A stretch of 64,000 bases of DNA from the IMG/VR virus record IMGVR_UViG_3300022666_000111, one strand, 5' to 3'. The first letter of the stretch is position 1. Every line of letters starts with the position of its first letter. The notes beneath the pieces were generated by a model that worked only from the letters and a program-made list of their open reading frames with translations, was not told where the DNA came from and ran no database searches. Positions 1 to 10,211 of this stretch are shown here, in pieces. The stretch comes from a virus. Lineage: Duplodnaviria > Caudoviricetes. A program made the translations under genes and the position numbers.

Positions 1-435
1 GAATTCACCCTCTACGTCAAACCCGCTTGCATCCGTGAGGCCCTCCCCTCCAACGCCGTATGCCTTGACATGGACGACGGTGCGCGTGTTGCCTACATAG
101 ACCGGAACTACGAGATCCGGCAAACCGTTGTCGCGACCAGGAGGTTCTGCCCCGGATTCACGTGCCCAGCAGCATCCCCCGAGATGTTCGAATTCCTCAA
201 GAAGCGCCTCGCAGAAGAGGCCCCGTGGGCCGCTGAGATGCGCCTCCTCAAACGACAAGACGGGACCTTCTTCCTCTGCGCGATCGAAGAGTAGTTGATC
301 GTGATGCTCGTATTGCGGCTGCGACCTCACGGAGCACAACGAGATGAGCGAAACCACCATGTGCGAGGACTGCTACGAAAACCGTTGATCATAAGCATCC
401 TCAAGCGTAGCAGCCACAAACCAATGAGGTGATAG

Positions 436-1248
436 ATGCAGATCAAACAAGCTCTCGAGGCACTGGGTACCTATGTTCAGCTCAAAAAGGATCTCCAGCA
501 AGCCCAAACAACGGCGGATGAGATCGCCATCAAGCTCAATGAGCATCGTGCGCAAAGTGGCCTAACGGACGAGGACGTCGAAACGTATGGGCGGGTACTC
601 AACCTTCCCGCGCGCCCTGTCATCTGTAATCACCCACAGTCACCACCAACCTTTGATGAGGCCCGCTCCAACACACGAGACATCGCACGCAAATGCATCT
701 GGCAAGCCCTCAAAAACACGGAAGACCATAGCGATAAATGGGCGTCCGTGCGTAGGATCACAGAAGTGTATGCGGACGCCATGAGGCTGGCGCAGGCCGA
801 ACCCCAAATACCGTACATTCACAGCGTGCTCGTTGATGATGAGGGGCTCTGGTTGCAAGCCTCCCAAGACGGACTCTGGGCTATGCTTCCCCCCAACAAG
901 TGCTTCACCATCAAGAGCGTTCTGACTTGGATGGTAAACCATACAGATGGCACCACTGCCCTAGACATTGGACGGGGAATGCACGTACACGTCAACCACC
1001 CCAACAGGATCCTAAAGAGGCTCCTTGCAGGCGGGTACGTCAAAGCCCAAGGGGCGACCACCGGAAGTAAACCCTTGAAAACTCACACAGGTGTCCGCAC
1101 GATTTACACTCCCAACCCAAGTCTTAGCATCCTTCATGCAGCCATGCTGAACCCCTTGACAGACGACTTGATCAAGGCACTAGCCCACTTGTTTAACCCC
1201 GTGGACATGGCTTGGCTCCGCGCCTGTGAACCTCCCGAATCCCGTTGA
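436..1248 (+). CDS. hypothetical protein, possible C-terminal winged-helix
   Basis: 270-aa ORF with GAGGTG RBS; TALDIGRGMHVHVNHPNRILKRLLAGGYV resembles a wHTH. Confidence 0.55.
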   Translation: MQIKQALEALGTYVQLKKDLQQAQTTADEIAIKLNEHRAQSGLTDEDVETYGRVLNLPARPVICNHPQSPPTFDEARSNTRDIARKCIWQALKNTEDHSDKWASVRRITEVYADAMRLAQAEPQIPYIHSVLVDDEGLWLQASQDGLWAMLPPNKCFTIKSVLTWMVNHTDGTTALDIGRGMHVHVNHPNRILKRLLAGGYVKAQGATTGSKPLKTHTGVRTIYTPNPSLSILHAAMLNPLTDDLIKALAHLFNPVDMAWLRACEPPESR

Positions 1249-1384
1249 TCCCAACCGCCCTGGCGCGTAGCTAGGGCATGACAACGGACCTCATCTACTT
1301 CGCCATCGGCATCGCCCTCGGGACCATCGCCTACCGTCTCTCGAAAGACCTCTGGTGTAGATACACCCGAAAGGCCAAGTAGCG

Positions 1385-1663
1385 ATGTCCACGTATGAAG
1401 TCACGCCCTACACCAAGGCGAAGTCCAACGCCCTAGCCGATCAAGCGCAAGCCGAGGCCGATAAGGCTCAAGAGGCCCTCAACCTTGACGCCATGTCGCC
1501 CTCCGAACTTGAAGCCGTGACGCACCCCAAGCTCAAAGCCTACGCCCGGCTCAAGATCCGCGCCATGAAGGCCCGCTACAGCGGCAACATCGCCCAAGCC
1601 GTCCTCCTCGAGGACAAGTGTGAGAAGTCCTACAAGAAGCTCCCTCCCGAGCTTAGGTGGTGA
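1385..1663 (+). CDS. hypothetical protein
   Basis: 92-aa ORF, first of a run of tightly packed + strand genes. Confidence 0.6.
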   Translation: MSTYEVTPYTKAKSNALADQAQAEADKAQEALNLDAMSPSELEAVTHPKLKAYARLKIRAMKARYSGNIAQAVLLEDKCEKSYKKLPPELRW

Positions 1664-1667
1664 CGCT

Positions 1668-1856
1668 ATGAGCATCCGAGCTACCCTCGAGCTGGCCCAA
1701 AAGCTCCGCGAGCTTATCGAGAAATCGCGCCAGGACGCCTCCCTTGTGAAGGCTGAAAAGGAAGCCTCCCTTGTGGAAGCAAAACGCAAGCTCGATGAGC
1801 CCAAGGACGCCCTTGACCAGCTAAGAGACGCCGACCTCTTCGAGGAGGACCCATGA
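1668..1856 (+). CDS. hypothetical protein with acidic C-terminal motif
   Basis: ATG at 1668 after AGGTGG; ends KDALDQLRDADLFEEDP; overlaps next gene (ATGA). Confidence 0.6.
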   Translation: MSIRATLELAQKLRELIEKSRQDASLVKAEKEASLVEAKRKLDEPKDALDQLRDADLFEEDP

Positions 1857-2287
1857 ACCCCTGCTTTCACGACCACGGCCGCGTGGGCTTCTTCAACGAG
1901 CGCAAGAACCTCAAGGTCCACCTCACCGCCGACCTACGCCCAACCAACGGACCCCAATTCTTGAACCTTCGCGAAAGCGAAGCCCGCGCCTTGGTCAACC
2001 GCGCACGCGCCCTCTACCCCAACTACGTCATCCACGTCGTATGGTCCTCCAACGTCATCATCGACAGCATAGCCTATGACTTCACACGTGAACGAGATCT
2101 GCAACTTCACCTCTTCATGAGCGACCGCTTCGGAGGCAACCTGACGCCCCCTGACTGGATGCGTGAACCCGGCGCCCCAACCGTCACACGTGAACCCGTA
2201 GCCAAGGCTCCAAGCCCACGCAAGCTGCCCCCAGAACCCAAAGAGGTTGACGCCTTCACCATGCTCATGGAGGACGACTTCCTGTGA
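1853..2287 (+). CDS. hypothetical protein, local paralog family
   Basis: shares HVvW...LxLF...PPxW pattern with the next two genes; ends DAFTMLMEDDFL. Confidence 0.7.
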   Translation: MNPCFHDHGRVGFFNERKNLKVHLTADLRPTNGPQFLNLRESEARALVNRARALYPNYVIHVVWSSNVIIDSIAYDFTRERDLQLHLFMSDRFGGNLTPPDWMREPGAPTVTREPVAKAPSPRKLPPEPKEVDAFTMLMEDDFL

Positions 2288-2922
2288 GCGCGGCGACCGT
2301 TACCTATGCCAATGACGGTTTGGTCAAGGGCACCTACGGCTACCTTGACCAAACCGGCAAAGCGTCCCCTTGCCTACGCTGGTCAAAAGAGCTGAACCCA
2401 AGACAAGCCCAAATCCGCGTCGCAGCCCTGGCCAAGAAACTCGAGTCACACGCCTGCCTTCACGTGCTGTGGCGTACACACCCCCTCTGCGACACTATGC
2501 TCACCCTGGCCTTCGTCAAAACCGCCCAACCCCAAGACGGGGATAGCCCACCTTGGACCGAAGCCATCGGCGAACCCAAAGCGTCATACCGTCACGTGAA
2601 AGGTAACCCAGCCTTCCCAGAAGGCGTCCAAGGCGACTACGCCTTCCTCGGCCCCAACGGTGGACGCTCAAGACACCTACACTGGTCCGAATCCCTTACG
2701 CCCACCAAAGCCTACCAACGCGTCGCCTTGGTCAGCGCGGAACGTACCTCGCCCGACCTTCACGTGCTGTGGCGCTACTCGCCCCTACGCCCAGGCCGCG
2801 TAGACCTCGCCTTCCTTGCCGTAACCCAAGCCCAGGAAAGCACGCTCCCACCTTGGATGCCCCGTGTCAAAAGACCCAAACGTGACTTCTTCGACATCTT
2901 GACCGAGGACGATATCCTATGA
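2284..2922 (+). CDS. hypothetical protein with two tandem copies of the paralog domain
   Basis: internal duplication (LxWSxxLxP...RVA...LHVLWR...LAF...PPW twice); ends RDFFDILTEDDIL. Confidence 0.75.
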   Translation: MSAATVTYANDGLVKGTYGYLDQTGKASPCLRWSKELNPRQAQIRVAALAKKLESHACLHVLWRTHPLCDTMLTLAFVKTAQPQDGDSPPWTEAIGEPKASYRHVKGNPAFPEGVQGDYAFLGPNGGRSRHLHWSESLTPTKAYQRVALVSAERTSPDLHVLWRYSPLRPGRVDLAFLAVTQAQESTLPPWMPRVKRPKRDFFDILTEDDIL

Positions 2923-3527
2923 GCCACCTGGTCTTCGCCAATACACGCACGCGCAGAACGCCCCCGGCCCAAACCAAAATCCAAGCCGCCTCCCTCGGCA
3001 GCTCATACGAGGCCGCTACTACCGCCGTCCTGCGCGCCGTGCGGGACAACATGGGCCAAGACTTCTACATCCCGTGGAAAGAACTACGCCGCGACGTCAT
3101 CTGGTACGAAATCCGCCGCTTCACCCGAGACGCCCCCGAAAGTAGCAGCCCCTTCCCCGACTGGTTCACTCATAAGCAAACCGTGAGCTACGAAGAAACC
3201 GATCTCAATATCCACCCCAACGGTATGCACCCCATCGTCCAAGCCGCCCCACCAGGCTATACCTTCGCCGACCACGTCCGCGCTGGAGCCGCTTGGACCA
3301 TCACCTTGAACCATACCGTCGCCATGGAACACATACGGAGAGCCGCCGAATTCGTCGCCCCTCTCAACCTCTACGTCCGCTGGATGCCTTGGCGCTGGGG
3401 CGTCCGCCTCGCCCTCTTCAAAACCGTCCAACCTATCCCCATAACGCCCCTCCCACCCTGGGCCGGAGGCGACGCCCCCACACAACGCGACTTCTTCGAC
3501 CTCTTGACCGAGGACAATACCCTGTGA
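2919..3527 (+). CDS. hypothetical protein, local paralog family
   Basis: LYVRW...LALFKTVQP...LPPW; ends RDFFDLLTEDNTL. Confidence 0.7.
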   Translation: MSHLVFANTRTRRTPPAQTKIQAASLGSSYEAATTAVLRAVRDNMGQDFYIPWKELRRDVIWYEIRRFTRDAPESSSPFPDWFTHKQTVSYEETDLNIHPNGMHPIVQAAPPGYTFADHVRAGAAWTITLNHTVAMEHIRRAAEFVAPLNLYVRWMPWRWGVRLALFKTVQPIPITPLPPWAGGDAPTQRDFFDLLTEDNTL

Positions 3528-4021
3528 GCCCACAAGGCTACGTCTTCATCGAATACAAACCTCCTCATGGAAAGCGACACGTGAAAAGCGTTACCTCGGT
3601 TCTCCGAAGCGTCATCTTCATGCTCAAGCCCCGTGTGGTGAACGTCAACCCCAAGGACGTCCCAGCCATCCGCCGCCAACGCTGGTTCGAGGTCAACACC
3701 CACAACGCTACCAACTACGGCCACGTGGGCTACGCCCTACAAACGCGAATCTACGCCAATACCACCGTCCCAAGAGGTCACGTCCACGGGGATACACGCC
3801 CTCAACCCCTAACCCAAGCCCAACGCGCCCTCCTAGAACGCGGCGTCGACGACGAAGCCCTCGCACACTACAAGAGCATCGCCCTACGCCAATGCGTCAA
3901 CCTCGGCTACGCCATACGTACACGCCCAGGAGGCTTCTACCGAACTACCCCAGCCGGTTGCCACGCCATCCAAACCTTCCCCGACGCCTACGCCAAACTC
4001 CTCTCCGGTGTAGACCTCTAA
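3524..4021 (+). CDS. hypothetical protein
   Basis: GTGA overlap with previous stop; ends DAYAKLLSGVDL. Confidence 0.6.
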   Translation: MSPQGYVFIEYKPPHGKRHVKSVTSVLRSVIFMLKPRVVNVNPKDVPAIRRQRWFEVNTHNATNYGHVGYALQTRIYANTTVPRGHVHGDTRPQPLTQAQRALLERGVDDEALAHYKSIALRQCVNLGYAIRTRPGGFYRTTPAGCHAIQTFPDAYAKLLSGVDL

Positions 4022-4022
4022 C

Positions 4023-4478
4023 ATGCCAACCCTCATCGCCGAATTCGCCTTCACCAAACAAGGCCAACACTGCATCACCCTCAACCGCCCACCCGTTACC
4101 CCTACGCCCGGTATGCACCTCAAAGCACAAACCGGCGAACAGGCAACCGTCCTCTCCGTCGAACGTATGCAGAAGGCTACAGGCCCAGGCAATAACTGGG
4201 TCCTCACCCTCACTCAACCCCTCCCAGCCAATACACCCCTAGAGGCTACACCAGCCCAACGCCCCGAAACAGGCCCTATGGCTTTCGGTTCCGACTGGCC
4301 AGGCGTCTTCATCCGAGGCGATAACGCCCTCGCCTATACCCTAGCCCTCCAAAACGCCCTCAACCAAGACCCCGACAACCTCGAACTACGCTCCCTCCTG
4401 AGCTTGCTCTCCTCCTGCCAATGCCCCGCACCCACTACCGTACACCTCAACCCCTTCACCGAATGCTTGCCCAAATGA
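4023..4478 (+). CDS. hypothetical protein
   Basis: 151-aa ORF with GGTGTAG motif 9 nt upstream. Confidence 0.6.
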   Translation: MPTLIAEFAFTKQGQHCITLNRPPVTPTPGMHLKAQTGEQATVLSVERMQKATGPGNNWVLTLTQPLPANTPLEATPAQRPETGPMAFGSDWPGVFIRGDNALAYTLALQNALNQDPDNLELRSLLSLLSSCQCPAPTTVHLNPFTECLPK

Positions 4479-4666
4479 ACTACCTCATCGTCCGTACACA
4501 CGAGAACGGCGAAGTGTCCCTCCAGTACGCCGCTACCCTACGCGACCTGGAAACCCTCGCCAACGAAGACCCCAACCCCAACAACCCCACCGTGAGCATC
4601 CAACGCTACGCCCTCCTCCCCTAACGATTCCAGTTGATCCCCCACCCCCTCACGCATGTAGCCACC

Positions 4667-5002
4667 ATGGATACAGCCAACAGCTACCGCGAAGCCCGTG
4701 CCTGCCGCAAACTCGTCGCCAACGCCTCCATCAAAATCGAAGAGGCCACTCTCGACGGTACCACCTTCAGCCTCAAAATCCGCACCACCCTGGGTGCCAT
4801 CGTCGGCTACGGCAACGTCAACCCCGACGCCTGTAACGAAGGCTGGACCCTCAACGGTAAGCCTATCCCCATGAAGGACTGGCCCGACATCGACGTCGTC
4901 ACCCCACTGACCCCCAATACTGACGGCTACTGGCACCGCCTAAGTACCCTCGTCAGCCAACTCGAAGAATGGATCAACAACCTCGTGGAACGTCAAGGCT
5001 AG
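4667..5002 (+). CDS. hypothetical protein
   Basis: ATG 33 nt after TTGATC (4634). Confidence 0.6.
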   Translation: MDTANSYREARACRKLVANASIKIEEATLDGTTFSLKIRTTLGAIVGYGNVNPDACNEGWTLNGKPIPMKDWPDIDVVTPLTPNTDGYWHRLSTLVSQLEEWINNLVERQG

Positions 5003-5077
5003 ATCCCCAGATCGCCTTTGCCTACAACCCCCACCAGCCCATCTACAATCCCCAGATCACCTTTACCTACAACCCCC
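5003..5077. repeat. imperfect 30-bp direct repeat (ATCCCCAGATCRCCTTTRCCTACAACCCCC x2)
   Basis: copies at about 5003-5032 and 5048-5077. Confidence 0.8.
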
Positions 5078-5458
5078 TCAAAACACACGGATGCTAAACA
5101 CTCGTGCGCGTCCGGTCACGATTGGCCGAAAAACGATATTGGCACAGATATTGTCTCAGAGGCCGGTAGTTTAGCTCCGATGTAGGCGTAGGAATATACG
5201 GTTGATCGTCTGCTGTGTGGGGTGTAGAAGGGGGTATGAAGCCCTACGGGAACACGCGGTATGAGAACCTGGTATGTGCCTACGGGTGCTGCTCGGGTGG
5301 GTGTGTGCACAAGGGGACGCTGGGCTACCGTGTCCCCAAGGCGGTGCGACGCCGGGCTCGCAAGCGGGCAAGGCGGGAGGGCAAGAGCTATGAGTGAGCG
5401 CCTACCGGGGGACCCTCCCCCTGACAAGATGGCTCCAACCGTGACGCCCCAGTCTGAG

Positions 5459-5953
5459 TCAGCCCTTATGTGTGGCGAGGTACTGTAGTGCTGCCTGGAA
5501 GATCTTGGGGTTCTCGCGAAGGAATCCGATGCCAGTATTGCAGGCGTTGCAAAGGAGGCCGCGTACAGCACCGGTGGTGTGGTTATGGTCGATGCACAAG
5601 CGCCCATTGGCTGGAGGGGGTTCCCCACAGATGGCGCACACGCCTCCCTGAACAAGGAGCTGGGTGTCGTACCATGCAGGGCACACGCAGCGCTTTCGAA
5701 GCCGCTGCTTTCGGCGTTGGCGTTCGGCCGGGACGTTTAGGCCCTTCAGGGGATCCCCCACCTCCTTGTGGGCTTGTAGTGCTGTGTCAGCCTCGGTCAT
5801 ACGCTCCTCGGCTTTACGCAAGCGTGCCTCGCAATAGCGGAGGCGGTTCTGGAGCTTGGAGACCTCGTCGCGCAGGGCCTTACGTGTTAGGTACTCCTGA
5901 CACCTTCCGAACATGGCACAGAGAGGGTTGGTATCAGGGAAGGGCTCACTCAT
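5459..5953 (-). CDS. recombination endonuclease VII-like nuclease
   Basis: QGGVCAICG...LCIDHNHTTGAVRGLLCNACNTGIG, the EndoVII signature. Confidence 0.85.
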   Translation of the reverse strand: MSEPFPDTNPLCAMFGRCQEYLTRKALRDEVSKLQNRLRYCEARLRKAEERMTEADTALQAHKEVGDPLKGLNVPAERQRRKQRLRKRCVCPAWYDTQLLVQGGVCAICGEPPPANGRLCIDHNHTTGAVRGLLCNACNTGIGFLRENPKIFQAALQYLATHKG

Positions 5954-6131
5954 GCTTGGCCTCCTGGTGTAACGCTGCCTCCATCTGGGTGAGCCCCTTC
6001 TCCAACAGGAGACGTAGGACACCTGAGCGGTTGACTGGAACTCCAGCACTACGCTCCCGGAGGGTAGCCTCAACCTGGTTGAGGCGCTTCAACAGCTCAG
6101 CATCCAGCCTCAGTGATATCAGTGTGATCAT
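5946..6131 (-). CDS. ribbon-helix-helix (CopG-like) DNA-binding protein
   Basis: ISLRLDAELLKRL...NRSGVLRLLLEKGL. Confidence 0.7.
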   Translation of the reverse strand: MITLISLRLDAELLKRLNQVEATLRERSAGVPVNRSGVLRLLLEKGLTQMEAALHQEAKHE

Positions 6132-6184
6132 GGTAGGCGGTGTAGCACAGAGAATACAACAGTCAAGAGAAGTCTGGAGAGATC

Positions 6185-6400
6185 ATGTCACGATTACGCC
6201 CTGTGAGTGAGCGGCCTCCTTCTGGGGAGGCGGTGTTGGTACTGACGCGGGGGTCGCCGTTGTTCTATCGGGGCATCTGGTTCGTGGATGAACGGTGGAC
6301 GGTAGAGGGTGAGCTGACCAGGGACCCTGATGTAGTCGGGTGGATCCCTATGCCTACCGTGTCGGAGGATGGGGAGGTTTGCCTCGGCCCGCAAAAGTGA
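6185..6400 (+). CDS. DUF551-like small phage protein
   Basis: PVSERPP...VLVL...VVGWIPMP. Confidence 0.6.
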   Translation: MSRLRPVSERPPSGEAVLVLTRGSPLFYRGIWFVDERWTVEGELTRDPDVVGWIPMPTVSEDGEVCLGPQK

Positions 6401-6650
6401 TGCCATGCCAGAATCGCTCGATTATCTTTTTCGAGGTTCGGCAGGCGGCTACGGGGCGTGTTGAGTATGCGCACGTTGGGCGGTCGGCAAACGCTGAAAA
6501 GGGGGAATGGGGGTCTCTTCTAAGGGGGGGTTCTGGTAGGCGGGGTCTGGATTTTTCGCCCGGCTGAATTTTGGCCCGGAAGTCAAAAATCGCCAGGGGT
6601 GATAAAGAGGCTGATGGTGGCGGCCAAGGCGGCGAGGGTAACGAGGGCGG

Positions 6651-7067
6651 CTAGGGTTGACACTTGGTGGCTTTCCGTTGGGCGTAGGTTGATTCTAGGG
6701 TGAAGCTGATCTTGTTGACGTCGGAGAGCTTAGCCCAGAAGGAGGTTGAGGCTTTGCCGTTGGGTTTGACGATCTTCCAGGTGATGGAGTCGTAGTTAGC
6801 TTCGCGGGAGGGGGCGGCCTTGGCGGTATTGCGGACGTAGACACGTGCGACCTCGAGGGTGGTACCTGCTGGGAGGGTGATGGTGGTGGTCCGGCGTTTG
6901 GCGCAAGTCTTGGGGTCGACGTAGTAGTCGCGCCAGGAGAGGGGTTGGGTGATGGCGCCTTGGAGGAGGAGGAAGCGGGCGTTGCGGCGTTCGAAGTAGG
7001 CTGTGAAGGTCCAGGGGAGGTTGAGGGTGATACGGTCACCGCAGGCTGGGATGTAGAGGGTGGTCAT
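6651..7067 (-). CDS. hypothetical protein
   Basis: 138-aa ORF with GGTGTAG motif upstream. Confidence 0.65.
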   Translation of the reverse strand: MTTLYIPACGDRITLNLPWTFTAYFERRNARFLLLQGAITQPLSWRDYYVDPKTCAKRRTTTITLPAGTTLEVARVYVRNTAKAAPSREANYDSITWKIVKPNGKASTSFWAKLSDVNKISFTLESTYAQRKATKCQP

Positions 7068-7378
7068 ACTGGGATGCTACACCGTGCGAGGGCGTCTTTG
7101 AGGACCTTGGTAGCGGTAGGGATGGCGTTGGAGTCGACGCCTTCGGCGTCTATGGTGAGGGTTGCTGATCCGTTCCAGTAGTCGATGTGGGCTTGGAGGA
7201 TGCAGACGCTGATGGGGCAGGTAGCTCTAGCGGTAGCGGTTATGAGGTCGCCGAGGGCGGCGAGGTTTTGGTAGGTCCCCTTGGCGGTGATTTCGGCGCG
7301 AACGGTGTCGAGCTTTTCTTCGGTCTTGTAGACGCGGGCGGTTTGTGTTGTGACGTTGAGGTCGAGTGAGATCTTCAT
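7064..7378 (-). CDS. hypothetical protein
   Basis: ATG 33 nt after TTGATC (7411). Confidence 0.6.
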   Translation of the reverse strand: MKISLDLNVTTQTARVYKTEEKLDTVRAEITAKGTYQNLAALGDLITATARATCPISVCILQAHIDYWNGSATLTIDAEGVDSNAIPTATKVLKDALARCSIPV

Positions 7379-7385
7379 GGGGGTA

Positions 7386-7907
7386 CTATGCGTCTGGATC
7401 GGTGGGATCAATTGGGAGGGGTTCGATTTCGAGAGGGGTTGTAGGGTTTAGGGGTGGTTCGGGTGCGGAGTGGTTGTCGTCGCGGAGCTTGTCGAAGAGG
7501 GTGGGGCCTTGGGGAGGTTCGGGGCCTTGTTGGACGAGGCGGCTTGAGATGATATCGTCGTCGGTGAGGGGCGTATCCGAAAGGCAGAGGCAGAGGTTTC
7601 TATCGGGGTCCCGGACGGTGAAGAAGAGGTTGCCGGTTTTCTGGACGACGAAGACGTCGCCGGTTCTAGCGTAGCGGAACCATTCGATGGGGCGTTCTTC
7701 GTGGCACCAGAGGTAGCGGAAGATGGGGTAGCCTATGGGGGGGACGAGGCTCCAGACGTTGCCGTAGGGTTCGTCGGGGGCGAAGAACTCAATGGAGAGG
7801 CAGCCGTTGGGTTCGAGGTCTTCGAGGATACGGGCGAGGGAGAGGGGCTTTAGTCGTGCCCACCATTGGCCTTTTCTTGGTGTGAAGTCGACGTCTGAGA
7901 TATGCAC
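7386..7907 (-). CDS. hypothetical protein
   Basis: 173-aa ORF; PTLFDKLRDD near C-terminus. Confidence 0.6.
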   Translation of the reverse strand: MHISDVDFTPRKGQWWARLKPLSLARILEDLEPNGCLSIEFFAPDEPYGNVWSLVPPIGYPIFRYLWCHEERPIEWFRYARTGDVFVVQKTGNLFFTVRDPDRNLCLCLSDTPLTDDDIISSRLVQQGPEPPQGPTLFDKLRDDNHSAPEPPLNPTTPLEIEPLPIDPTDPDA

Positions 7908-7915
7908 GTAGGGGT

Positions 7916-8599
7916 CTACACCGTGGGGAAGACCTTACCGTCGCGCAAGCGGATGGTTGTGATGACGCGGGTTTCGGTGAGCTTTTGGATTTGGCGGATG
8001 GCGCCGGGGGTAGACTTGTAGTGGTGTTTGATTTGGGCGAGGGCGTCTTTGAGGGGCGTTCCGGGGTGGGCCTTGGCGAAGTCGGTGAGGTTGATGACGG
8101 TTTGCTTGAAGGGGGTCCAAGCGCCGGATTGGCTACCGGCTGGGCAGAAGGTTTTCTGCTCTTCGTGGAGGCGCCAGCGGGCGGAGCCTGGGCGGTTGGT
8201 AGGGGAGAGGGTTTCGGTGACGTTGCGTGAGACTTCGATGAGGCCGATACCTTTCCAGACGAGGACTTCTTTGGCGAAGCGTGTCACGTCGGTTTTGCGT
8301 CGGAACGGGACGGCGACCGAGACGCGTTGGGCGTAGGGGACCCAGCGGTTGGCTTGGGAGAGGACTTCGAGGTTGAGGTTGCATTTGACCTCGATGACCC
8401 AGATGGTCATATCTTGGCGTGCGACGATGTCGGCGCGGTTGCCTAAGAAGTCGACCTCTTGGAAGACCTCCCAGCCCAGGTCTTTCAGCCAGGCGACGAC
8501 GGGGGCTGCGACGTCGGTTTCGGCGAGACGCGGCTTACGGTTGCGCCTCGACTTTGGTAGTACAGGATGACGTTTCTTGCGGGTTTTCCTTCGGACCAT
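7916..8599 (-). CDS. PD-(D/E)XK restriction-endonuclease-fold protein
   Basis: FQEV...RADIVA...WVIEVK catalytic pattern; start approximate. Confidence 0.7.
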   Translation of the reverse strand: MVRRKTRKKRHPVLPKSRRNRKPRLAETDVAAPVVAWLKDLGWEVFQEVDFLGNRADIVARQDMTIWVIEVKCNLNLEVLSQANRWVPYAQRVSVAVPFRRKTDVTRFAKEVLVWKGIGLIEVSRNVTETLSPTNRPGSARWRLHEEQKTFCPAGSQSGAWTPFKQTVINLTDFAKAHPGTPLKDALAQIKHHYKSTPGAIRQIQKLTETRVITTIRLRDGKVFPTV

Positions 8600-8684
8600 T
8601 TTGCTATTGGGGCGGCCTCTACAATGGTGTTGCCCTCGACGAGGAGGCCGAAGCAAGCGTAGGGCAAGACGACGCGCAGGAGGG

Positions 8685-8936
8685 TCAAGCGCAAGCCTCG
8701 CTCATGCGGATAGCTTCCCAGAGGGAGGGGCGTTGTTCGGGCATGAGGGCGTAGGTTTGTCCGCCGCGTGGGCCGGGCTTACTGGCTCGCACGACCTTGC
8801 CACGTTTGACGAGGCGGGTCAGCGCGGTCGATACGCAAGAGGGGTCGGCCTTGAGGCGGCGGGCCACTTGCGTAGCGGAGAGAGGGCTTTCGGTTTGAAG
8901 CTCGCGGAGGATTCTCTGTGGTAGTGTCGCCATCAT
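8685..8936 (-). CDS. winged helix-turn-helix protein (MarR-like)
   Basis: PLSATQVARRLKADPSCVSTALTRLVKRGKV. Confidence 0.75.
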   Translation of the reverse strand: MMATLPQRILRELQTESPLSATQVARRLKADPSCVSTALTRLVKRGKVVRASKPGPRGGQTYALMPEQRPSLWEAIRMSEACA

Positions 8937-9334
8937 TTGCGCTTTGGCATTGGAGGAATCGCTACCGTCGTCGCAACACCATCCCCGGTTCGCGTATAGC
9001 TAAACGACCAACGACGAGGCCGGTATTCAGACAGGACCCCTACGTAGGTCAAGGTAGTCATCCCGGCTCTATAGGAGGTTACGGTTAGGACTTCGCGTGT
9101 ATGGTAGCCGTCTTTGTTGTGTTCGAGGGGGACTTCGTAGAGCACGCGGCCTTTGGTGCGTTTGCATGGGATGCGTGTTCTTTTGCTTCCGAGGTTGGTT
9201 GTGAGGAAGACGCCGCATTCGGGGGAGGGTTTGAGCGATCCCTCGTGGAATGACGTGTCGTCGATTTCTATGACGAGGCGGCCGGGGTAGACTTCGGGGA
9301 TGATGCGGATGGGTCCGTCGAAGGAGATGAGCAT
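8933..9334 (-). CDS. hypothetical protein
   Basis: 133-aa ORF with GGTGTAG motif upstream. Confidence 0.55.
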   Translation of the reverse strand: MLISFDGPIRIIPEVYPGRLVIEIDDTSFHEGSLKPSPECGVFLTTNLGSKRTRIPCKRTKGRVLYEVPLEHNKDGYHTREVLTVTSYRAGMTTLTYVGVLSEYRPRRWSFSYTRTGDGVATTVAIPPMPKRK

Positions 9335-10211
9335 GGTGAAGAACTACACCGTAGGGCCGAAGACGATCCTGCGGTAGGTCTTGATTGCTTCGGCGGCCAT
9401 GGTTCGAAACTCGTCCTTCTCGTGCTCCTCGAGGCTATCCCAGGGGGTTCGGGGGCGTCCGGTAGCGGCCAGGTAGTCCTCGTCGGACATGCCGCCGTCT
9501 ACGCGATAGATTGCCATTGCGACGCGGTCGTTGACGCTTGGCATCAGAAGGTCTCCGTCACGATGCGGACCTCGGGCGTCGCCCGGATGGTTTCGATGTC
9601 TCTACGGGTGGTGAGGGGGTTTCGTTCACGGGGGTCGGGGCGTGGGATGCTGGCGCCTTCGGGCCAGGTTTCAAGGGGCGGGACCCTAATGGTGATGCCG
9701 TAGAAGTAGCGGATGTTCTGGTAGGCGCCGTCTTCGTCGGTTTGGATGTAGCCGTCGACGGCGACGATGGGGCCGGGAGGGCCTTTGTAGTTTGGGCCGC
9801 AGGGGTAGATGCGGGCGTCTGGGCCAAGGACGCAGAGCGTGACTTCTGCTTTTTGCATGGGGGCGATCCGAATTTCCTTGAGAGGTTGAAGGAGATGCCG
9901 GGGAGCAGGACGCCGATGGCTTGGATGGACCCTGTCCAGAAGGATGCCGGTTTGCGAAGGTCCAGGTAGTAGCTTGGCCCGTCCGGGATGACGATCTTGT
10001 AGGTCCCTTCGATAGCGGGGATCAGGGTTTCATAGCTGCCGCGCTTGGGGATCGCTTTCCAGATCGACGTCCCGTCTCCGCAGGAGACCTTTCGGAGGAC
10101 CTCTCCGCTGGTATGCGGGTCGCGGGGAAAGATCACAACGGAGAGCGTTCGATCTTTGGCAGGGTTCAGGTGGAAGTTCTCGGGGGAGATGTTTACAATC
10201 ATGCTGATCTC

